A stretch of DNA of 32,000 nt from Nitrosopumilus maritimus SCM1. GTDB lineage: Archaea > Thermoproteota > Nitrososphaeria > Nitrososphaerales > Nitrosopumilaceae. The notes beneath the pieces were generated by a model that saw only the letters and a program-made list of their open reading frames with translations, was not told the origin of the DNA and searched no databases. The stretch's first letter is position 1. Each line of letters starts with the position of its first letter. The DNA lies in NCBI RefSeq assembly GCF_000018465.1, contig NC_010085.1, positions 480,001-512,000 on the forward strand, written 5' to 3'. Of the stretch, positions 1 through 8,309 are shown piece after piece. The position numbers and the translations under genes are program-made.

Positions 1-148
1 TGTAGTCTGGGTTTGAATCAATTTTTTTGAAAATTTCTTTTGCTTTATTTTTATCAATATCACTTGCTTTTCTTAATGAATCAAGTGAAGTAAGAAAACC
101 GTTATCCAAGTCTTCAATTCTTAATTTTCTTATGGTAGACTCGCTCAT
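1..148 (-). CDS. GNAT-like acetyltransferase N-terminus (partial, runs off window)
   Basis: Reading on minus strand from ATG at 148: MSESTIRKLRIEDLDNGFLTSLDSLRKASDIDKNKAKEIFKKIDSNPDY; resembles glucosamine-phosphate N-acetyltransferase N-termini; overlaps the upstream sugar nucleotidyltransferase by ATGA. Confidence 0.55.
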   Translation of the reverse strand, partial: MSESTIRKLRIEDLDNGFLTSLDSLRKASDIDKNKAKEIFKKIDSNPDY

Positions 149-861
149 TTTTTCCTCTTTTTAGATTTTTTTGCAAATTCTTCATTTGCTTGCTTGTATG
201 ATTCCTTGTTTCCAATATCCATGAATCCTTTTTTTGTAATAAAACCTGAAATCATTTTTTTATTTTTCATTGCTTTTTTGATTACATCATCCATTCCATA
301 TGGTTTGTTTTTTGGAATGTATTTCAAAACATTTGGCTCCATAACATAACATCCCATATTGATATTTGCTTTAATCTCTGGTTTTTCTTCCCAATTAGTT
401 ACTTTGCCTGTTTTTGTGGTATTAATAACCCCATATTGCAAATTTGTTTTGTATTCATACAAACTCATGGTTGTAAATGCTTTCTTTGATTTGTGTTGTT
501 TTATCATGTTTTTGAGACTAAAATCAAAAATTGAATCCCCATACACACAAACAAAAGTATCGTTGATAAAATCTTCTGCAGTTTTGAGTTGACCTGCAGT
601 AGCTAGTGGTTTTTTTGAAACTGCGTATTCTATATTCACCCCAAATTTTTTTCCATCTTTAAAATAATCTTGAATTTTTTCTTTACGATAACTTACACAC
701 AAAACTATTGACTTTACACCATTTCTCTTATTCCAATCAATTAGATGTTCTAGAATTGGCTTTTTACCTAATGGCAGCATGGGTTTTGGAGTTTTTAGCG
801 TTAACGGACGCAATCTTGTGCCTAAACCCCCTGCTAAAATTACTGCTTTCACAAGTATCAT
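145..861 (-). CDS. Sugar-phosphate nucleotidyltransferase (NTP_transferase family)
   Basis: KAVILAGGLGTRLRPLTLKTPKPMLPLGKKPILEHLI signature and VYGDSIFD; GTG at 852 is an alternative start. Confidence 0.9.
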   Translation of the reverse strand: MILVKAVILAGGLGTRLRPLTLKTPKPMLPLGKKPILEHLIDWNKRNGVKSIVLCVSYRKEKIQDYFKDGKKFGVNIEYAVSKKPLATAGQLKTAEDFINDTFVCVYGDSIFDFSLKNMIKQHKSKKAFTTMSLYEYKTNLQYGVINTTKTGKVTNWEEKPEIKANINMGCYVMEPNVLKYIPKNKPYGMDDVIKKAMKNKKMISGFITKKGFMDIGNKESYKQANEEFAKKSKKRKK

Positions 862-907
862 TTTGTATGTGAGTATTTATGTTCGAGGCTGATTTTATAT
901 CAAAATC

Positions 908-2206
908 TTAACCTTTAATTTTTAATATTTTTTCTAAAACATTTTCTGGAGTTTTACCAAAAACAATAATCATTGGCTCTTTTCCAAAATCCCCTTTATG
1001 AAAAATCACATCCGGGATTTTTTTCGAATTTTTTATTGCAGAATTTATTCCCCATCTAATCGTAGAACCTTTAATTTTAACATGTTTTGGTTCTTTACTA
1101 CGATCATAACTGCTAACTTCTAACTTTGATTTTTTAATTTTTGATAATGTTGTACTTTGATATTTTAAATTAATTGCAGAACAAATTCCTGGATATTTTT
1201 TATTCATTGATAACAATGCAGTTGCCACATGTTTTGAACCTCCATACTTTAAATCCCCTGCAACAAGAACGTTTGTTCCAGCTTTTACAATTCTTCCTGA
1301 AATCCCCAAAACATCTTTTGTAGATTTTGGTCTTTGTTTTGAGAATACAAAATTTGTTTGGCACTCTGGAATATTTTTGTAAATTCCTTTTAATTTTATA
1401 AATTTGGTTATTGCTGATGATAATTCATCTTCAATCTTATTTTTACTTTGTATATCAGTAATGGCAATACCCTTTCCAATTTTTTTTGCATTTTTTATTG
1501 ACTTGTATGTGAATTTCTTTGCAAAATATAGTGATTCTTTGATACTTTTCTTTTTTGCAAGTGAATACACTACTGCAGCTGAGTGGATGCATCCACTGCC
1601 GTGATTAATTTTTGGGATTTTTTCACCTGAAATGATATATTTTGAATTTTTTTCTAGAACAAAATCTGACACTTTCTTTTTTTCTTCAATTCCTGTAATT
1701 GTGACATTTTTTGCTCCCATATTTTGAATCTCTTTTGCCACTTTTTCAGGCGTGTTTTTTGTTGAAATTTTCATTTTTGTAAGTAACTCTGCTTCTTTTT
1801 TGTTTGGTGTAATTATTGTTGCAAGTGGAACGATGTATTTTTGAAAATCTTTCCTTGCATTATTTTCTATTAAACTTCCTCCGGTGGTTGATCTTATTAC
1901 TGGATCAACTACAATTGGAATTTTTAATTTTTTTAATTGTTGGTGTATTATTTTGATAATTTTTGAATTGTATACCATTCCAATTTTAACTCCATTAATT
2001 TTGAAATCTGAAAATACTGATTCTAATTGTTTTTGTAATATTTTAGATGAAACTGGCTCAACCATTCCAAATTTTGAAGTATTCTGACTTGTAATTGCTG
2101 TTATTACAGTTAATGTATGTACTCCTAATGCTGAAAACACTCTGATGTCGCTTTGAATTCCTGCTCCTGATGACGGATCAGAACCGCCAATAGAAAGAAT
2201 GTTCAT
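908..2206 (-). CDS. thiDN: Bifunctional hydroxymethylpyrimidine (phosphate) kinase ThiD fused to ThiN-type thiamine-phosphate synthase domain
   Basis: N-terminus MNILSIGGSDPSSGAGIQSDIRVFSALGVHTLTVITAITSQNT and GSGCIHSAAV typical of ThiD; C-terminal ~170 aa (VLGISGRIVKAGTNVLVAGDLKYGGSKHVA...FHKGDFGKEPMIIVFGKTPENVLEKI) typical of ThiN. Confidence 0.9.
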   Translation of the reverse strand: MNILSIGGSDPSSGAGIQSDIRVFSALGVHTLTVITAITSQNTSKFGMVEPVSSKILQKQLESVFSDFKINGVKIGMVYNSKIIKIIHQQLKKLKIPIVVDPVIRSTTGGSLIENNARKDFQKYIVPLATIITPNKKEAELLTKMKISTKNTPEKVAKEIQNMGAKNVTITGIEEKKKVSDFVLEKNSKYIISGEKIPKINHGSGCIHSAAVVYSLAKKKSIKESLYFAKKFTYKSIKNAKKIGKGIAITDIQSKNKIEDELSSAITKFIKLKGIYKNIPECQTNFVFSKQRPKSTKDVLGISGRIVKAGTNVLVAGDLKYGGSKHVATALLSMNKKYPGICSAINLKYQSTTLSKIKKSKLEVSSYDRSKEPKHVKIKGSTIRWGINSAIKNSKKIPDVIFHKGDFGKEPMIIVFGKTPENVLEKILKIKG

Positions 2207-2300
2207 ATCATTTTCACATTTTGAACACTAATCTATTTTTCTTTTTAGTTTGATTCAACATTATGATATTTGTTTTATAGTTTGAAGTTTATTTCACACT

Positions 2301-2492
2301 ATGACTGAAATTCCGATAATTGATGATTCCACTCCTGAAGAATTACGCTGTACTGTATGTTTACTACCTATGCAATACCAAACAAAAAAAGATGGAAAGT
2401 TTTTGTGGCAATGTTTCAAGTGTGGAAAACAATACCTTGTATCTGATAATGTTGATGATTCTGTAGAAGAGAGTTGGAGTCCTCCAAGATAA
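2301..2492 (+). CDS. Small zinc-ribbon-like protein
   Basis: 63 aa with CTVC...CFKC cysteine pairs; overlaps the next start (TAATG). Confidence 0.6.
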   Translation: MTEIPIIDDSTPEELRCTVCLLPMQYQTKKDGKFLWQCFKCGKQYLVSDNVDDSVEESWSPPR

Positions 2493-2710
2493 TGACTGAA
2501 CTAGATTATACAAAATCCGAAAATCAAAAACTCCGTCAATACATTTCACTAATTAATGCAGAACTTGAATTGTCTCAGAGAGTTTTTGAGATAAGGCAAA
2601 ACTTTGCAAACTCTCCTGACTCTGAGCGTATAATTCAGCCTATTTTGGATAGAATTTCAAAAATTCAATCCGAAAAGACACCTCTTGAAAATGAATTGAA
2701 TCTAAATTAG
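2492..2710 (+). CDS. Small coiled-coil hypothetical protein
   Basis: MTELDYTKSENQKLRQYISLINAELELSQRVFEIRQNFANSPDSERIIQPILDRISKIQSEKTPLENELNLN; ORF track start at 2474 but ATG at 2492 overlaps preceding stop. Confidence 0.55.
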   Translation: MTELDYTKSENQKLRQYISLINAELELSQRVFEIRQNFANSPDSERIIQPILDRISKIQSEKTPLENELNLN

Positions 2711-2711
2711 T

Positions 2712-2810
2712 TTATTCTGATGATTGAGTTACACAATTAAAAGAGCAGAATTCATCTTTCATACTGTAGAACTCTTTTCCACAATGTCTGCATTCTCTAA
2801 TGGTTCTCAT
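2712..2810 (-). CDS. 32-aa zinc-finger-like microprotein
   Basis: MRTIRECRHCGKEFYSMKDEFCSFNCVTQSSE; CxxCGK...CSxxC pattern; not in ORF track because of size. Confidence 0.5.
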   Translation of the reverse strand: MRTIRECRHCGKEFYSMKDEFCSFNCVTQSSE

Positions 2811-2941
2811 ACGATACTGTACCACATAATTCCATTTAAAGGCGATCTATTTTCTTAATATAGTGGCAAAAAATTTCATGCGATCAATAAAATTCTGTAA
2901 CGTTATGATTGTTTAAATCAGGCAAACGCCTAGAATATTTT

Positions 2942-4270
2942 ATGGCAACTCAAATGACTGCAGCAAGACGCGGTGTTGCAACTGATGAGATGAAACAAGT
3001 TGCAAAAGATGAGGATGTTACTCTTGATTGGTTAATCCCAAAAATTGCAAAGGGCTCTATAATTATTCCAAGTAATAACTGTAGACCTCAAAAAATTCAT
3101 AATGTTGGAATTGGTAAGGGTTTGAAAACCAAAGTAAACGTAAACATTGGAACTTCTACATTAAACGTAAATCTAGAAGAAGAGATTGAAAAAGCAAAAG
3201 TTGCTGTAAAATATCATGCAGATACTATGATGGATCTTAGTGATGGCGGTGATGTAAAACACATAAGAAAAACTCTGTTAGAAACTGCTCCAATTACTTT
3301 TGGCACTGTTCCAATTTATGAAGCATACAACTATGGTGTTGAAGTACACAAAAACCCATTGAATTTAACTGAAGATGATTATCTAAACGCATTTGAAAAC
3401 AATGCTAAAGATGGCGTTGATTATACTACAATTCACTGTGGAATTACAAAAGACATTGCAAAAAGAATTCTAAAGGTTCAGAGATATGGTGGTGTTGTCA
3501 GTAAAGGAGGCACCATAACTGCCGCATGGATGTTAAAACATGACAAAGAAAATCCCTACTTGACTCATTATGATTATCTTGTGGAGATGGCAAAAAAATA
3601 TGATGTGACTTTTAGCCTTGGAGATGCTCTTAGGCCAGGCTCAATTTTGGACTCTCATGATGAATTACAAGTTCAAGAAATGATTAACATCTCTCAGCTA
3701 ACAAAACGTGCACATGAACAAGATGTTCAAGTGATGGTTGAAGGTCCAGGCCATGTACCATTAAACGAAGTTGCAGCAAATGTTAGACTGGCAAAGTCTT
3801 TGATTGGAGATGTTCCATATTATGTTCTAGGACCTTTAGTAACAGATGTTGCATCTGGACATGATCATATTGCAAGTGCAATTGGTGCCGCTGTATCTGC
3901 AAGTGAAGGTGTTGATCTTTTGTGTTATCTTACTCCTTCAGAACATCTTGCATTACCAAACGCTGAAGAAGTAAAGGCTGGATTAATTGCATATCGAATT
4001 GCAGCACATGCAGGTGATCTTGTAAAAATTCGTGATAAAGCGATCAAATGGGATATGGAGATGACTGAAGCTCGACGTACACTAGATTGGGAAAAACAAC
4101 TTGCATTGTCTATTGATCCTGAAGAAGCTGCTAAAATTCACAGTAGAACAGGCCAACACCCTGGCAATAATGTTCCTTGTACTATGTGCGGAGGTGCATG
4201 TGTTTACATGATGTTGCCTCAACAAAAAAAATACGAGAAAGAAAACGAAAACCTACAACAAATTGAATAA
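2942..4270 (+). CDS. thiC: Phosphomethylpyrimidine synthase ThiC
   Basis: MATQMTAARRG...; HYDNMD-type and C-terminal CTMCGGACVYMM (CX2CX4C [4Fe-4S] motif); start at 2942 more likely than 2909. Confidence 0.95.
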   Translation: MATQMTAARRGVATDEMKQVAKDEDVTLDWLIPKIAKGSIIIPSNNCRPQKIHNVGIGKGLKTKVNVNIGTSTLNVNLEEEIEKAKVAVKYHADTMMDLSDGGDVKHIRKTLLETAPITFGTVPIYEAYNYGVEVHKNPLNLTEDDYLNAFENNAKDGVDYTTIHCGITKDIAKRILKVQRYGGVVSKGGTITAAWMLKHDKENPYLTHYDYLVEMAKKYDVTFSLGDALRPGSILDSHDELQVQEMINISQLTKRAHEQDVQVMVEGPGHVPLNEVAANVRLAKSLIGDVPYYVLGPLVTDVASGHDHIASAIGAAVSASEGVDLLCYLTPSEHLALPNAEEVKAGLIAYRIAAHAGDLVKIRDKAIKWDMEMTEARRTLDWEKQLALSIDPEEAAKIHSRTGQHPGNNVPCTMCGGACVYMMLPQQKKYEKENENLQQIE

Positions 4271-4657
4271 TACTTTGTCAAGACTAGGAACTGTTTCATA
4301 ATTTTTTAATTCCTCAACATTAATCCATTTAAAATCAGAATTTTCCCAATTGAGTTTGATGGTTGGGTTTTTTGCTTCAAATAAAAATGGAAAAATCTTC
4401 CATTCATGATTTTGATATTGTGGTGAATTAACTCTCATCTCTTCAGCTGATTTTAGTAAAGTTATTTCATCTTCTGTAATTCCAACCTCTTCAAATATCT
4501 CGATTTTTGCTCTTTTGAGTGGCTCTTCATTTTTTTCTATAATTCCGCTTATGCCTGCCCACAAACCTTTCATGGTTTTGACGTCAGCACTTCGTTTTAG
4601 AATTAATAATTTTTCATTATCTTTGATAAAAGAAGTAACTATCTTTGTTGAGCGCAT
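4253..4657 (-). CDS. NUDIX hydrolase
   Basis: GISGIIEKNEEPLKRAKIEIFEEVGI NUDIX box-like; ends tail-to-tail over the thiC 3' end. Confidence 0.8.
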   Translation of the reverse strand: MRSTKIVTSFIKDNEKLLILKRSADVKTMKGLWAGISGIIEKNEEPLKRAKIEIFEEVGITEDEITLLKSAEEMRVNSPQYQNHEWKIFPFLFEAKNPTIKLNWENSDFKWINVEELKNYETVPSLDKVLFNLL

Positions 4658-4662
4658 ATCCG

Positions 4663-5514
4663 TTATTTTTCAACGGCTTTGACCATCTTTGTTAATTTCT
4701 TGTAAGATTCATTGATGTCTGTGTGTTTGGCTAATCTCTCTTGACAGTCTTTGATGTAATTTACTACTTCTTCTGTTTTAGATTCTTGAACATCAGTTAG
4801 TAATCTTCCAATATCTTTCCAAAGCTCTTCTGCTACTCTACGAATTTCTGGATTTGCAATGATTGTTTCAATTAATTCTGGGGATTCTGTCATAATACTT
4901 TCTGCTAATGTTTTTTGAACTCTGAAAGTTGTACCTGACATTTTTTCTGTAAGCAACATTTTTTCGTCTTTTGAAACAATGTTTGCAAAAACTAAATTCA
5001 TTAAATGAGTTAATCCTAAAATAACTGCAATCTTTTTGTCGTGCTCTACTGCATCAATAGTAACAAAGTTTGCTCCTTCAAATAGTGATTTTGTTACCGT
5101 CAATTCTTTTTTTGCATCTTTGATTGGAACTGAAATTATGTTTTGACCTTTGATTGTTTTTACACCTGGTCCAAACATTGGATGTATGCATATTGGATTG
5201 ATTTTTGCAGGCATTTTTGATAGTGCTGAAACAACTTTGGATTTTTCAGATGAAATTTCTATGAGATATGTACCTCGTTTCATTTCTTTTGCAATTAGTC
5301 TGATAATCTCTGGTGTTCTTCTTGTAGGTGTACATAATACAACATAATCTGCTTTGAGAATTGCACCTACTAGAGACTCTGCTTGTATGATTCCTTTGCC
5401 TGGAATTTTATTTTCTGAATCAAAACCTGTTACTTCGAATCCTTTATCTGCAAAATATTTGGCAAACCATTGTCCCATTTGCCCTCCTGCACCAATAACT
5501 GTGACTTTTTTCAT
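4663..5514 (-). CDS. tyrA: Prephenate dehydrogenase
   Basis: MKKVTVIGAGGQMGQWFAKYFADKGFEVTGFD Rossmann motif, INPICIHPMFGPG motif; cluster context. Confidence 0.85.
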   Translation of the reverse strand: MKKVTVIGAGGQMGQWFAKYFADKGFEVTGFDSENKIPGKGIIQAESLVGAILKADYVVLCTPTRRTPEIIRLIAKEMKRGTYLIEISSEKSKVVSALSKMPAKINPICIHPMFGPGVKTIKGQNIISVPIKDAKKELTVTKSLFEGANFVTIDAVEHDKKIAVILGLTHLMNLVFANIVSKDEKMLLTEKMSGTTFRVQKTLAESIMTESPELIETIIANPEIRRVAEELWKDIGRLLTDVQESKTEEVVNYIKDCQERLAKHTDINESYKKLTKMVKAVEK

Positions 5515-6881
5515 TGATCTTCACTCATAATCTCCTTTAGTATATTCATTCCTTCAATTAGTGTCTTCTCGTCTTGGCATGCAGAAATTCTGATGAAATT
5601 TTTATAATCTCCAAATCCTTCTCCTGGAGCCACTGCCAAACCTCTTTCCAATATGTTATTTGCAAACTGAACTCCGTCAAATCCTTCTTTATTGACTCTA
5701 GCAAAGATGTACATTGCGCCATCTGGAACTATAATATCTAAATTCATTTCATTTGCTTTTTGAATCAATACATCCAGTCTGCTTTGGACTGTTTTATTAT
5801 TGTTGGATGTATCTGCTTCTAATGCCTTCATGGCAATGTATTGTATTGGTTCTGATACATTTGTCAGACACAATGCTTCTAATTTTGACATCTTTTCAAT
5901 AACATTTGCATCTGCAATTGCATATCCTATTCTAAATCCTGTCATTGCATGTGACTTTGAAAATGATTGTGTTACAATACTTTTTTCATAATTGTAACTC
6001 AAGATACTCTTCCAACTTGATTTTACATATTCTGAATAAATCTCGTCACTTAATACATAGAGGTTGTTCTTTTTTGCAATTTCAATAATCTGATCTTGTA
6101 ATTTTTCTGGAAGAATTTTTCCTGTTGGATTGTTTGGATAATTCAGAACAATCATTTTTGTATTTGAGTTAATTGTATTTTGAATTTGTTCTATAGAAGG
6201 TTCCCACTTATTTTCAAAAGATGTGTTTATTGTTCTAACTTTGATTCCTGAATTTAACGCACAATCTTTGTAGGCTGGCCATGCAGGCTCAATTACGACT
6301 ATTTCATCACCTGGATTTAGGAGTGTAGTGATTGCTGTAAAGATTGAGAATCTGGCACCTGGACTAACTATGATATTTTCTTGAGATACATTTGCATTGA
6401 ATTTTTTATTTACATGTTTTGCTAATGCTTCTCTAAAAATTGGCATTCCTTTTGCTTGACCGTATTTTAGAAATCCTTTATCATACACTTCCTCTAATGC
6501 ATCTTTTACAATTGTTGGTGGTAAAAAGTCAGGCTCCCCTACTTCCATATGGATAATATTTTTTCCTTGTTGCTCCAATTCTTTAGCTTTAAGAAATATT
6601 GAAAGATGAGTCTGTTTATTTGATGATTGAACTTTGATTGATTCATTTAATAGAAAATTCAAAAACTTTGTAGCAATTTTTTCATCTAATCCAATCTCTT
6701 GACCTAGTGAAATCACCTTTTCTCTAAGATTATCTTCACGTGATTCATCAGTTACTCCTTTACCAATGTTTTTCTTTACTTCTCCAATCTGTTTTGCAAT
6801 GTCTGTTCTATCTTTGAGCAGCTTTATCATTTGAAGTGTAACTTCGTCCATCTTATTTCGTAAGTCGTTGATATCTGACAT
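5511..6881 (-). CDS. Fusion of AroQ-type chorismate mutase and class I aminotransferase
   Basis: N-terminal ~90 aa DINDLRNKMDEVTLQMIKLLKDRTDIAKQIGEVKK...; C-terminal aminotransferase with NYPNNPTGKI and SQSFSKSHAMTGFRIGY (PLP lysine). Confidence 0.9.
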   Translation of the reverse strand: MSDINDLRNKMDEVTLQMIKLLKDRTDIAKQIGEVKKNIGKGVTDESREDNLREKVISLGQEIGLDEKIATKFLNFLLNESIKVQSSNKQTHLSIFLKAKELEQQGKNIIHMEVGEPDFLPPTIVKDALEEVYDKGFLKYGQAKGMPIFREALAKHVNKKFNANVSQENIIVSPGARFSIFTAITTLLNPGDEIVVIEPAWPAYKDCALNSGIKVRTINTSFENKWEPSIEQIQNTINSNTKMIVLNYPNNPTGKILPEKLQDQIIEIAKKNNLYVLSDEIYSEYVKSSWKSILSYNYEKSIVTQSFSKSHAMTGFRIGYAIADANVIEKMSKLEALCLTNVSEPIQYIAMKALEADTSNNNKTVQSRLDVLIQKANEMNLDIIVPDGAMYIFARVNKEGFDGVQFANNILERGLAVAPGEGFGDYKNFIRISACQDEKTLIEGMNILKEIMSEDQ

Positions 6882-6885
6882 TTTC

Positions 6886-7983
6886 TTACAAAACAGGCTT
6901 GATTTGACCCGAAATTAGTGCATGATCTGCAATTGTTAGTGCTACAAGAGAATCAACTACTGGTGGTGCTCTTGGAACGACACATGGATCGTGTCTTCCT
7001 TTCACTTGAAGTGTGGTTTCTTTTTTGGTCTTGATGTCAACAGTACTTTGTTTTTGTGAAATTGATGATGCGGGCTTGAATGCTACTCTCATGGTAATGG
7101 GCATGCCATTTGAGATTCCACCTAATATTCCGCCTGAATTGTTTGTCTTTGTAACAATTTTTCCTCTTTTTATGGTGTACAAATCATTATTTTCTGAACC
7201 GTACATCTCTGAACCTTTGAATCCTGAACCAAACTCTACTCCTTTTACTGATGGAATAGAAAACATTGCTTTACTCAAATCTGATTCTAGTGAACTAAAA
7301 ATTGGTTCTCCTAAACCAACTGGTACATTTGTTGTAATTGATTCAATGATTCCTCCTAATGAATCTCCTTTTTTTCTTGCATCCAAAATACTTGCTCTCA
7401 TCATTTTTGCAGTTTTTGTTTCAGGACACCTTACTTCGTTTTTGTAAATTGAACTTATCATTTTTTCATTGAATTGTCTTTCCATCTTTATTTTTCCAAT
7501 TTGAGATGTGTAAGAATTTGTTTCAATACCTAATGTAACTTTGAGAAGTTTACGTGCAATCGCACCGCCCATTACATGTGTAGCAGTTAATCTTCCTGAA
7601 AATCGTCCTCCTCCTCGGTGGTCATTATATTGATTATATTTCATCATAGCAGGATAGTCTGAATGTCCTGGTCTGAGTTTTGTTTTCAAATTTTCATAAT
7701 CTTTTGATTTTTGATCACTATTCCAAATTACCATTGTTATTGGAGCTCCGGTTGTATGTCCTCTAAACACTCCTGAGATAATCTCTACAACGTCTCCTTC
7801 TTTTCTTTGTGTTGAAATTAGATTTTGACCTGGTTTTCTTTGGTCTAACATTTTTTGAATATCTTTTTCATCAATCTCTAATCCTGCAGGACATCCGTCT
7901 AAAACTGCCCCAATAGATTTTCCATGACTCTCTCCAAAACTTGTCAACACAAGGCGCTGACCAATAGAACTTCCTGACAACAT
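6886..7983 (-). CDS. aroC: Chorismate synthase
   Basis: SFGESHGKSIGAVLDGCPAG, HRGGGRFSGRLTATHVMGGAIA, GRHDPCVVPRAPPVV. Confidence 0.97.
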   Translation of the reverse strand: MLSGSSIGQRLVLTSFGESHGKSIGAVLDGCPAGLEIDEKDIQKMLDQRKPGQNLISTQRKEGDVVEIISGVFRGHTTGAPITMVIWNSDQKSKDYENLKTKLRPGHSDYPAMMKYNQYNDHRGGGRFSGRLTATHVMGGAIARKLLKVTLGIETNSYTSQIGKIKMERQFNEKMISSIYKNEVRCPETKTAKMMRASILDARKKGDSLGGIIESITTNVPVGLGEPIFSSLESDLSKAMFSIPSVKGVEFGSGFKGSEMYGSENNDLYTIKRGKIVTKTNNSGGILGGISNGMPITMRVAFKPASSISQKQSTVDIKTKKETTLQVKGRHDPCVVPRAPPVVDSLVALTIADHALISGQIKPVL

Positions 7984-8130
7984 ACTATCAAAGCTAAATG
8001 ATGCTTATAATTCCTCATTCTGAATTTTGATAAATTTTGAGACTAGTCTTTGATAATTTTTTAGAATAATCTTATACATATTTGAGATTTACAAAATATG
8101 GGATATTTCATGAAATATTTTCAATATATT

Positions 8131-8139
8131 CTTAAATAT
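8131..8139 (+). promoter_or_regulatory. Candidate archaeal TATA box for the structured RNA at ~8160
   Basis: CTTAAATAT about 25 nt upstream of position 8160. Confidence 0.4.
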
Positions 8140-8159
8140 AATAATAACATATAGAATAT

Positions 8160-8285
8160 ATGGAAAAACGTGCAAATTTTACTGCATAATTTGCGCGGCC
8201 TTGCGAAAAAGACATGTTATCTACGCAAAAGCGTTGAGGGTGTGGAGAATGCTTTTCACCCTATACAAGGTCGCGCCTTTTACCC
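8160..8285 (+). ncRNA. Candidate structured non-coding RNA of unknown family
   Basis: 11-bp closing helix 8193-8203/8266-8276; internal hairpins 8223-8226/8231-8234 (AAAA loop) and 8237-8241/8258-8262 extended by 8245-8249/8253-8257; alternative 9-bp hairpin 8170-8178/8188-8196; followed by CCTTTTA; G.U wobbles would be A.C mismatches on the minus strand. Confidence 0.6.
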
Positions 8286-8309
8286 CCTTTAGTTGATTTT
8301 TTTGAAAAA

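Noticed and set aside
359-592. Antisense ORFs over housekeeping genes (359-592, 1404-1604, 1884-2087, 2364-2549, 5150-5347, 5800-5991, 7013-7447, 8716-8913, 9304-9814, 10085-10285, 10726-11059, 11924-12274, 14322-14564, 15677-16330)
   Set aside because: All lie opposite strongly recognised genes and have no domain-like signatures.
2811-2941. TPP riboswitch or other leader upstream of thiC
   Set aside because: No recognisable TPP aptamer core or extended hairpins by eye.
145-6000. Mobile element, prophage or defence island
   Set aside because: No transposase, integrase, recombinase, restriction, toxin-antitoxin or cas signatures found anywhere in the window on either strand.
8160-8290. Minus-strand riboswitch or leader for aroC
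   Set aside because: The wobble pairs become A.C mismatches on the minus strand, and aroC has its own TATA-like sequence immediately upstream of its ATG, which would exclude the element from that transcript.
8160-8290. Element as 5S rRNA, tRNA, RNase P or SRP RNA
   Set aside because: Size, absence of T-arm/anticodon features, and absence of conserved core motifs.
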